From the NCBI GenBank assembly GCA_950097015.1, contig CATNEN010000025.1:3348001-3412000 (forward strand): 64,000 bases of DNA, read 5' to 3'. Positions 11,801-23,800 of this stretch are shown one piece after another. Numbering within the stretch: the stretch's first letter is position 1; every line of letters begins with the position of its first letter. Below the pieces are notes generated by a model, which saw nothing but the letters and a program-made list of their open reading frames with translations, was not told the DNA's origin and searched no databases. The DNA comes from Macrostomum hystrix. Lineage: Eukaryota; Animalia; Platyhelminthes. The translations under genes were made by a program, and so were the position numbers.

Positions 11801-14800
11801 TATTACCCTGTTATTCCAAGCATGCATATGACTACACGATTTCTGTCAATGTCTACCTTCATATTAGTCTCTAACCCTAGCTCTACCTCACTATCTATCC
11901 CAATCTCTACCCCAATATCTACCCCAGTATCTACCACAATCTCTACGGGTCTCTACCCAAATATCTACCTGTCTCTATCCAATCTCTACCGTCTCTACCC
12001 CAATCTCTACCCTAATCTATACCAGTGTCTATCCCAATCTCTACCCCAATCTCTACCGGTCTCTACCCCAATATCTACCTGTCTCTATCCAATCTCTACC
12101 AGTCTCTACCCCAATCTCTACCCCAATCTATACCAGTGTCTACCCCAATCTCTACCGGTCTCTACCCCAATCACTACCCCAATCTATACCGGTCTCTACC
12201 CCAATCTCTACGGGTCTCTACCCCAATCTCTACGGGTCTCTAAACCAATCTCTACCTGTCTCTACTACAATCTCTACGGGTCTCTACCCCAATCTCTACG
12301 GGTCTCTACCCCAATCTCTACCTATCTCTACCCCAATCTCTATCACAATCTCTACCCCAATCTCTACCACAATCTCTGCCCCAATCTCTACCCCAATCTC
12401 TACCCCAATCTCAGTCTCAATCTCAACTCTACCAGGTATGTCTCAATCTCCTCCACTTACAACCAATCACACCATGTGTCTCTGTCCTGTCTCCAGGCAA
12501 TGCCAATTAGCCTGACAACACTTCCAGCCCTAGATCCCCAGTCAGATTTCGAAAGCGGCCATATCCCCGATTCGTTATGCCTAGTTACCACTTCAGTAAT
12601 GTCTTGTTTCTGACACTTTCAAGCTTTCATCATCAAAATTGTCTGCGGTCGTTTCTGCACTTTGCCTGCCCAAATACGAGTTCTTTGCTGATGAAAACCT
12701 GCGACACACTCGCCTCAATCTCCAAGTTGTCTTCCTTTTTTTCATAATTCACGTGAGCGTAAAAAATTGAATTGATGAATCGAACCTTTTCTTCGTGAGT
12801 CTCGCTGTCTCAACTCCAACCCCCTCCGTGGAAATTTGTAGACTGCTAATTTGGCTATCCATTTTGTTTTGCTAATCTTTCTTTGCCTAGCAAACACTCC
12901 ATCATCATCTGTCTCCAAGTCTGCTTCCTGGATGGAAAATGCCTTCCAATGGGACCCGGGTCAACACCTGTCACGCAGGCAGCAGGCTGCTGCTGCTATT
13001 GCTGCATCTGGAGGGCCTCAATGGATGTCAGGGTGGTTCTCGAAATTGCCAGAAATTTGGCCGAGTGGAAAACGGGGTAGAGAGAGAGAGAGAGAGAGAG
13101 AGTAACGGAAGTCTCTAAGCCTGAGTGCTCGAATAAATTGACCAATAGAAAAGTGCTGTGAAGATTCCAGCCTTATACTTGCTAGGCACTGCGGAATGAA
13201 TGTCAGTCTCGACTGGAAAGCATTTCAGTCTGCTAGAAAGTTGAATTCATCAACCTGTTAGACTGCTGGACATTCTCTAGGAGCAGACTTGCTTAGATTT
13301 AAGCACAGTCAGTCGGATTTGAGCAAAGTTAGTCACACTTGCGCATCGTCAGTCGGATTTGAGCACAGTCAGCCAGAATTGAGCACAGTCAGTCGGATTT
13401 AAGCACAGTCCGTCACACTTGAGCACAGTCAGTCGGATTTGAGCATAGTCAGTCGGATTTGAGCACAGTCAGTCGGATTTGAGCACAGTCAGTCAGATTT
13501 GAGCACAGTCCTTCACACTTGAGCACAGTCAGTCGGATTTGAGCACAGTCAGTCAGATTTGAGCACAGTCAGTCGGATTTGAGCACAGTCAGTCAGATTT
13601 GAGCACAGTCAGTCAGATTTGAGCACAGCCCTTCACACTTGAGCACAGTCAGTCGGATTTGAGCACAGTCAGTCAGATTTTAGCACAGTCAGTAAGATTT
13701 GAGCACAGTCAGTCAGATTTGAGCACAGTCAGTCAGATTTGAGCACAGTCAGTCAGATTTGAGCACAGTCAGTCGGATTTGAGCATAGTCAGTCGGATTT
13801 GAGCACAGTCAGTCGGATTTGAGCACAGTCAGTCAGATTTGAGCACAGTCAGTAAGATTTGAGCACAGTCAGTCGGATTTGAGCACAGTCAGTCAGATTT
13901 TAGCACAGTCAGTAAGATTTGAGCACAGTCAGTCAGATTTTAGCACAGTCAGTCAGATTTGAGCACAGCCCTTCACACTTGAGCACAGTCAGTCGGATTT
14001 GAGTACAGTCAGTCAGATTTTAGCACAGTCAGTAAGATTTGAGCACAGTCAGTCGGATTTGAGAGCACATTCAATCAGATTTGAGCACAGTCAGTAAGAT
14101 TTGAGCACACTTTTTTAGATTTGAGCACACTTTTTTAGATTTGAGCACACTAATCGATAAACCGTCGGCCTGCTAGACAGTTACCATTTTCGAACTGCCC
14201 ACAGCTGCGTGTAACCCAGGTGTCCAAGCTTCGGCAGTACCAGAGACTGGAGCTTGAGAATCGCACCTGCCAGTCCCTCATATCAGCCGCTTTAGCCAAC
14301 AATGCGACTGGCTGCTTGCCAACATTCGACAATATCATCTGCTGGCCTGGCGCCCGAGCCGGCAGCCGGGTGTACATGTCCTGCCCGGACTATGTCAACG
14401 AGCTCAACAGGGCCGGCATGGCCTGGCGAGTCTGCCTGAAGGACGGCAGCTGGCATCGTCCGGTTGGGAAGCCGGGCAGCGGCGAGGGTTGGACAAATTT
14501 CACCGACTGCTCAGTGAGGAAGAGCACCAATGCGGCTCTGGTGAGCTGCGATTCCTGCTGGATATCTGTTCGCATCTTCTAGGAGCAGACTTGCTTAGAT
14601 TTGAGCACAGTCAGTCACACTTGAGCATAGTCAGTCAGATTTGAGCATATCCACTGACAATTATTAATTACTGTCACGCAGATTAATGGAAATCTAAATA
14701 ATTTATCTTGTCAAAAATTATATTAAGCCGCTCCGGTTTATTTGTAAATATTACGATTTCAATTAAATAGTATATTCCCACATTCGCAGCAACTACGCGT

Positions 14801-17800
14801 GATTCACAGCATCGGCCACATCGGTTACGGCATTTCCTTGGTGTTCCTGCTGCTGGCTATATGCATCTTGGCTGCGTTCAGGTGAGCAAACGTAAAGATG
14901 ATCATGAGATGAAATCTCAATCATATAATTTTTCGCTTGCGATCTTTGTCATGCAATTTTGCTCATACGTATAAGCTTTTAAGATTTATCATAGAATGTT
15001 GATCGTAGAATATTGGTCATGGAATGTTGGTCCTGAATGTTGGTCATAGAATAATGGTCATAGAATTTTGGTCATAAAATGTTGGTCATAGAATGTTGAT
15101 CATAGAATATTAGTCATAGAATGTTGGTCCTGAAAGATGATCAGAATGTTGATAATAGAGTGTTGGTCATACAATGTTGATCATAGAATATTGGTCATGG
15201 AATATTGGTCATGGAATATTGGTCATGGAATATTGGTCATGGAATATTGGGCATGGAATATTGGTCATGGAATATTGGTCATGGAATATTGGTCATGGAA
15301 TATTGGTCATGGAATATTGGTCATGGAATATTGGTCATGGAATATTGGTCATGGAATATTGGTCATGGAATATTGGTCATGGAATATTGGGCATGGAATA
15401 TTGGTCATGGAATATTGGTCATGGAATATTGGTCATGGAATATTGGTCATGCAATATTGGTCATGCAATATTGGTCATGGAATATTGGTCATGGAATATT
15501 GGGCATGGAATATTGGTCATGGAATATTGGGCATGGAATATTGGTCATGGAATATTGGTCATGGAATATTGGTCATGGAATGTTAGTAATAAAATCTTGA
15601 CCATCGAACCTTAATTATGACCCTCGCCAATCCCAACTGGCGCAGGCGGCTCCACTGCCAGAGAAACTGCATCCACATCAACATGTTTGTGGCCTTCGCG
15701 TTGCGGGCGGTCAGCCACTTTCTTAATTATTTTGTTGCCGTGGAAAAACAAGTGAGGCTTCTACTGAGAATATATTATTGGCTTCCTACTAATGTTACCG
15801 TAGAGCAGGGAAAAAATTCCCAAGATTGCGGGCCACAAAGCTTCTGAATCCAACCCCCTGGCCCCTTTGAATCCCTCATCTCTCCCCTGTCTTATCTCTC
15901 CCCTGTCTTATCTCTCCCCTGTCTTATCTCTCCCCTGTCTTATCTCTCCCCTGTCTCATCTGTCCCCTGTCTTATCTCTCCCCTGTCTTATCTCTCCCCT
16001 GTCTTATCTCTCCCCTGTCTTATCTCTCCCCTGTCTTATCTCTCCCCTGTCTTATCTCTTCTCTGTCTTATCTCTCCCCTGTCTCATCTGTCCCCTGTCT
16101 CATATCTCCCCTGTCTCATCTCTCCCCTGTCTTATCTCTCCCCTGTCTTATCTCTTCTCTGTCTTATCTCTCCCATTCTCATCTTTCTCCTGTCTCATCT
16201 CTCCCCTGTCTCATCTTTCTCCTGTCTCATCTCTCCCCTGTCTCATCTCTCCCCTGTCTTATCTCTCCCCTGTCTTATCTCTCCCCTGTCTTATCTCTCC
16301 CCTGTCTTATCTCTCCCCTGTCTTATCTCTCCCCTGTCTCATCTGTCCCCTGTCTCATCTCTCCCCTGTCTTATCTCTCCCCTGTCTCATCTTTTCCCGA
16401 TCTAATCTCTCCCCTGTCTCATCTCTCCCTTGTCTCATCTCTCCCCTGTCTCGTCTTTTCCCGATCTAATCTCTCCCCTGTCTCATCTCCTCCCTGTCTC
16501 ATCTCCTCCCTGTCTCATCTCCTCCCTGTCTCCTCTCTGCCCTGTTTCCTGTCCCTCTTCCGTTAATATTATCCTCAGCCGAGCAAATTCCCAATTCCTT
16601 CAGCAGGTGGCAATCTGCCGTTCGCACCAGTCACTGCTAACCTACAGCGTAATCGCCAGCTTCACCTGGGTCTTTGTAGAAGCCCTACATCTATACATGT
16701 TGATCTTTGTTAATACAATGTCCAGCTCAAGGATGTCCACAGGATCCTACATGGTCATTGGATGGGGTAAGTATCAGAGTGGCTGAGCACCCACAGGTGT
16801 GTTACATCCGTGTCAGTGAATCAGTGTACACTCTCACTGTGCCTTTGGGACTCGGCCCTCATTAGGCTAATACCCTAGATTTTTCTTTTAAAAATCTCAT
16901 TAACGGAAGTTGGCAGAAAGTGGATCAAAAAATGATATTTTGTCTTTTTTTAATCAACGCTTCATAAAAAGAGGTCCATTAACTTAGGCTTAAAATTCCG
17001 TTTGTCTTTTAGGATAATTTATGAGAGGCTTTGAGACGAAAAAATGCTAATCAAGTTAATTCATTTCTTGAAATAAGTTGTCATAAAAAATTAAGGAGTG
17101 AAAGCTAGAGTGCATGAAATAAGTTAGACAAAGCTTTTTGAATCGGCTGCAACCTCCGCATCTGCTCCACTCTCCCACCTGCTGTCAGTTGCCAAGGGCA
17201 CTTGCTTTCTCTATGCACTTTTTCCGATTTTCTCTACTCTAGTTTACTCTACTCTACTCTCTACTCTTAGCTAGTTTCTTTCCTGTCTCCATCCTCTCTC
17301 CTCTCTCCGCTCTCCTCTCTCCTTTTATTTCTTCTCCCCTCTCTCCTCTCTCCTCTCTCCTCTCTCCTCTCTCCTTTTATTTCTTCTCCCCTCTCTCCTC
17401 TCTCCTCTCTCCTCTTTCCTCTCTCCTCTCTCCTCTCTCCTCTCTCCTCTCTCCTCTCTCCTCTCTCCTCTCTCCTCTTTCCTCTCTCCTCTTTCCTCTC
17501 TCCTCTCTCCTCTTTCCTCTCTCCTCTCTCCTCTCTCCTCTCTCCTCTCTCCTCTCTCCTCTCTCCTCTTTCCTCTCTCCTCTTTCCTCTCTCCTCTCTC
17601 CTCTTTCCTCTCTCCTCTCTCCTGTCTCCTGTCTCCTCTCTCCTCTCTCCTGTCTCCTCTCTCCTCTCTCCTTTCTTTTATTTATTCTCCCCTTTCTCCT
17701 CTCCTGTCTTATCTCTCCCCCTACCTTATCTTCTCTCTCCTCTATCCTCTTTGTTGTCTCTTCTCTGGTTTCTCTTCTCTCATTTCTCCTCTCCTCTCTC

Positions 17801-20800
17801 ACTCCCCTCTCTTCATTCTCGTTTTTCCTCCCTTCTGTCTAGTCTCTGGTTTCTCCCTCTCTCGCATTTCTATTATTTTTCCATCTGACTCCAAGCAGTA
17901 ATTCTCTGACTATTTGATGTCAGGCGCCCCCTGTCTGTTCACTGGCATCTGGGTGGCCCTCCGGCTTCGGTTGGACAATCGGGAGTGCTGGCGCAAGTAC
18001 ATGCCAATGGGAGCGGACATCTGGCTGCTGAATGTCTACCTCTGCCTGCTGGTGTTCGTAAGTTCCCGATATTGCTACTAAAGTACACAGTGATCGTGTA
18101 ACGCCGACCTCTGTGATCTGTTTAATAGATTTTCTCTCCTAAATGGATAATACCTGGCAAAACCACATCGTTGGATACGATTAGACCATAGACAACACAT
18201 TTTCTATTTTTTATCCTTTAAACTCTGCGTTTTGTTTAAGAGCGAATTATTATTATTGTTGATAAAAATAATATGCTAATTGATAAAAATAGAGCGAAGT
18301 TTATGTTAGCGACTGATAAAAGTACATTTCTAGAATAAATAATAGATAATTATGAACCCGTCAAAGAAAATAGACACACAGAAGCAATACGGAACAGCCG
18401 CCAAAGATATTTAGAAAGAATTCCAGTAAGAAATAGATGTAAACAAAATATTCTGTTACCCACTATTCAAAGAAGAAATTCTGAACATCCTTTCTGACGC
18501 CGTCAGGAACATTAAAGATTCTCGCTCCACCCGATCAACCGAACTTATAATAACAAATGGAAAGCTCTAACTGGTCCGTTATACCTATTTTGAAGTAGGC
18601 GGAACTTTTTACTGCTAACGGACAGAAGCACCAAGTAGAGATAAGCAGTGACACTGTGAGATAAGCAGTGACACTGTGAGATAAGCAGTGACACTGTGAG
18701 ATAAGCAGTGACACTGTGAGATAAGCAGTGACACTGTGAGATAAGCAGTGACACTGTGAGATAAGCAGTGACACTGTGAGATAAGCAGTGACACTGTGAG
18801 ATAAGCAGTGACACTGTGGGATAAGCAGTGACACTCACTGTGAGATAAGCAGTGACACTGTGAGATAAGCAGTGACACTGTGAGATAAGCAGTGACACTG
18901 TGAGATAAGCAGTGACACTGTGAGATAAGCAGTGACGCTGTGGGATAAGCAGTGACACTCACTGTGAGATAAGCAGTGACACTGTGGGATAAGCAGTGAC
19001 GCTGTGGGATAAGCAGTGACACTCACTGTGAGATAAGCAGTGACACTGTGGGATAAGCAGTGACACTCACTGTCAGATAAGCAGTGACACTGTCAGATAA
19101 GCAGTGACACTGTGAGATAAGCAGTGACACACACACTGTGAGATAAGCAGTGACACACACACTGTGAGATAAGCATTGGCAAACTTAGAATTTTTAATAT
19201 CAGCTGTGATATTCCGAGAGCATTGTGACTAATGTGACTCCATGGCCTGAAAGAATTTCACAATCTCACCTTTCTGTCCGAATTTGAGTCGATATTGACT
19301 GGCCCAAAGCATAGACCTTGCGATTTGAATTTGAATTTTTGAAGCGATGACACACAATTGTGTGGATGAGCTTTCGTGTGTGCGTGGCCGAAATCTGTCC
19401 CACTCAGACGTCGCTAACTAATCCCCCCTGAAAAAATCCCCAGGCAAAGCCTTTGCCTGTCAAAGCAAACTCGACGCCGCCAATCCACCCACGCCTTTTT
19501 TGTCACCATAGAGAAATTTCCTCATGCGATTTCCCCTCTGCTCTGCCCCACTCCAGGTAAATGCTGGCCTGTTCGCCAGGATTGTGCGAGAACTATTCGT
19601 GAAGATGCGAAATCAGCCGCGAACCAGTGCGGCCTCGCAGAACTACAGGTGAGACTCGAGTGGGCAGGCTAGTGGCAATTAGGAGACAAAATGGAGCACG
19701 ATGCGAGACAAACTGTGAGACAAAATAGGAGATAAACTGCGAGACAAACTGTGAGACAAAATAGGAGATAAACTGTGAGATAAACTGTGAGATAAACTGT
19801 GAGATAAACTGTGAGACAAACTGTGAGATAAACAGTAGCAAGTTAGCAAAAACCATTTAAATAGTCACAGCTTATTCATTCCTGACAAATTACAGAAAGC
19901 TGTGGAAATCCACCGCTGTACTGGTCATTGTGTTCGGAATCTACTATCTGATCTTCCTGCCGCTGTCCATGATTCCCAAAGATAAGCTGGGAGCCACGCT
20001 GGACTATATTAAGCTCGCCTATGAGCACTTCTTTAACTCATTTCAGGTAAGTGAAAAGCTAGGGAAAATTTGTTTGCCAAGGGAAAATATTTCAAGATAA
20101 GACAGACAGCCACCTCACTCCTCCTGCCTCACACTAGACACTAACACTGACAGCCACCTCACTCCTCCTGCCTCACACTAGACACTAACACTGACAGCCA
20201 CCTCACTCCTCCTGCCTCACACTAGACACTAACACTGACAGCCACCTCACTCCTCCTGTCTCAGACTAGACACTAACACTGACAGCCACCTCACTCCTCC
20301 TGCCTCACACTAGACACTAACATTGACAGCCACCTCACTCCTCCTGTCTCACACTAGACACTAACACTGACAGCCACCTCACTCCTCCTGCCTCAGACTA
20401 GACACTAACACTGACAGCCACCTCACTCCTCCTGTCTCAGACTAGACACTAACACTGACAGCCACCTCACTCCTCCTGCCTCACACTAGACACTAACATT
20501 GACAGCCACCTCACTCCTCCTGTCTCACACTAGACACTAACACTGACAGCCACCTCACTCCTCCTGCCTTACACTAGACACTAACATTGACAGCTACCTC
20601 ACTCCTCCTGCCTCACACTAGACACTAACACTGACAGCCACCTCACTCCTCCTGTCTCAGACTAGACACTAACACTGACAGCCACCTCACTCCTCCTGCC
20701 TCACACTAGACACTAACATTGACAGCCACCTCACTCCTCCTGCCTCAGACTAGACACTAACACTGACAGCCACCTCACTCCTCCTGCCTCACACTAGACA

Positions 20801-23800
20801 CTAACATTGACAGCCACCTCACTCCTCCTGCCTCACACTAGACACTAACATTGACAGCTACCTCACTCCTCCTGCCTCACACTAGACACTAACACTGACA
20901 GCCACCTCACTCCTCCTGCCTCAGACTAGACACTAACACTGACAGCCACCTCACTCCTCCTGCCTTACACTAGACACTAACACTGACAGCCACCTCACTC
21001 CTCCTGCCTCACACTAGACACTAACATTGACAGCCACCTCACTCCTCCTGCCTCACACTAGACACTAACATTGACAGCTACCTCACTCCTCCTGCCTTAC
21101 ACTAGACACTAACACTGACAGCCACCTCACTCCTCCTGCCTCAGACTAGACACTAACACTGACAGCCACCTCACTCCTCCTGCCTTACACTAGACACTAA
21201 CACTGACAGCCACCTCACTCCTCCTGCCTCACACTAGACACTAACATTGACAGCCACCTCACTCCTCCTGCCTCACACTAGACACTAACATTGACAGCTA
21301 CCTCACTCCTCCTGCCTTACACTAGACACTAACACTGACAGCCACCTCACTCCTCCTGCCTCAGACTAGACACTAACACTGACAGCCACCTCACTCCTCC
21401 TGCCTTACACTAGACACTAACACTGACAGCCACCTCACTCCTTCTGCCTCAGACTAGACACTAACACTGACAGCCACCTCACTCCTCCTGCCTCACACTA
21501 GACACTAACATTGACAGCCACCTCACTCCTCCTGTCTCACACTAGACACTAACACTGACAGCCACCTCACTCCTCCTGTCTCAGACTAGACACTAACACT
21601 GACAGCCACCTCACTCCTTCTGCCTCAGACTAGACACTAACACTGACAGCCACCTCACTCCTCCTGCCTCACACTAGACACTAACACTGACAGCCACCTC
21701 ACTCCTCCTGCCTCAGACTAGACACTAACACTGACAGCCACCTCACTCCTTCTGCCTCAGACTAGACACTAACACTGACAGCCACCTCACTCCTCCTGCC
21801 TTACACTAGACACTAACACTGACAGCCACCTCACTCCTTCCTGCCTCAGACTAGACACTAACACTGACAGCCACCTCACTCCTCCTGCCTCACACTAGAC
21901 ACTAACACTGACAGCCACCTCACTCCTCCTGCCTCACACTAGACACTAACACTGACAGCCACCTCACTCCTTCTGCCTCAGACTAGACACTAACACTGAC
22001 AGCCACCTCACTCCTCCTGCCTTACACTAGACACTAACACTGACAGCCACCTCACTCCTTCTGCCTCAGACTAGACACTAACACTGACAGCCACCTCACT
22101 CCTCCTGCCTCACACTAGACACTAACATTGACAGCCACCTCACTCCTCCTGTCTCACACTAGACACTAACACTGACAGCCACCTCACTCCTCCTGTCTCA
22201 GACTAGACACTAACACTGACAGCCACCTCACTCCTTCTGCCTCAGACTAGACACTAACACTGACAGCCACCTCACTCCTCCTGCCTTACACTAGACACTA
22301 ACACTGACAGCCACCTCACTCCTTCTGCCTCAGACTAGACACTAACACTGACAGCCACCTCACTCCTTCTGCCTCAGACTAGACACTAACACTGACAGCC
22401 ACCTCACTCCTCCTGCCTTACACTAGACACTAACACTGACAGCCACCTCACTCCTTCTGCCTCAGACTAGACACTAACACTGACAGCCACCTCACTCCTT
22501 CTGCCTCAGACTAGACACTAACACTGACAGCCACCTCACTCCTCCTGCCTCACACTAGACACTAACATGACAGCCACCTCACTCCTCCTGTCTCACACTA
22601 GACACTAACACTGACAGCCACCTCACTCCTCCTGTCTCAGACTAGACACTAACACTGACAGCCACCTCACTCCTTCTGCCTCAGACTAGACACTAACACT
22701 GACAGCCACCTCACTCCTCCTGCCTTACACTAGACACTAACACTGACAGCCACCTCACTCCTCCTGCCTCAGACTAGACACTAACACTGACAGCCACCTC
22801 ACTCCTTCTGCCTCAGACTAGACACTAACACTGACAGCCACCTCACTCCTCCTGCCTTACACTAGACACTAACACTGACAGCCACCTCACTCCTCCTGTC
22901 CTCACACTAGACACTAACACTGACAGCCACCTCACTCCTTCTGCCTCAGACTAGACACTAACACTGACAGCCACCTCACTCCTCCTGCCTCACACTAGAC
23001 ACTAACACTGACAGCCACCTCACTCCTCCTGCCTTACACTAGACACTAACACTGACAGCCACCTCACTCCTCCTGTCTCACACTAGACACTAACACTGAC
23101 AGCCACCTCACTCCTTCTGCCTCAGACTAGACACTAACACAGACAGCCACCTCACTCCTCCTGCCTCAGACTAGACACTAACACTGACAGCCACCTCACT
23201 CCTCCTGCCTCAGACTAGACACTAACACTGACAGCCACCTCACTCCTCCTGCCTCAGACTAGACACTAACACAGACAGCCACCTCACTCCTTCTGCCTCA
23301 GACTAGACACTAACACTGACAGCCACCTCACTCCTCCTGCCTTACACTAGACACTAACACTGACAGCCACCTCACTCCTCCTGTCTCACACTAGACACTA
23401 ACACTGACAGCCACCTCACTCCTTCTGCCTCAGACTAGACACTAACACTGACAGCCACCTCACTCCTCCTGCCTCACACTAGACACTAACACTGACAGCC
23501 ACCTCACTCCTCCTGCCTTACACTAGACACTAACACTGACAGCCACCTCACTCCTCCTGTCTCACACTAGACACTAACACTGACAGCCACCTCACTCCTT
23601 CTGCCTCAGACTAGACACTAACACTGACAGCCACCTCACTCCTCCTGCCTCAGACTAGACACTAACACTGACAGCCACCTCACTCCTCCTGCCTCAGACT
23701 AGACACTAACACTGACAGCCACCTCACTCCTCCTGCCTCAGACTAGACACTAACACAGACAGCCACCTCACTCCTCCTGCCTCAGACTAGACACTAACAC

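Noticed and set aside
12851-13105. Neuropeptide-precursor-like ORF (hydrophobic start, RR and GKR sites) inside the receptor gene
   Set aside because: Starts at TTG, the hydrophobic stretch is the translated polypyrimidine tract of a splice acceptor, and GKR runs into a (GA)n microsatellite; reconsider only if a spliced transcript supplies a real signal peptide
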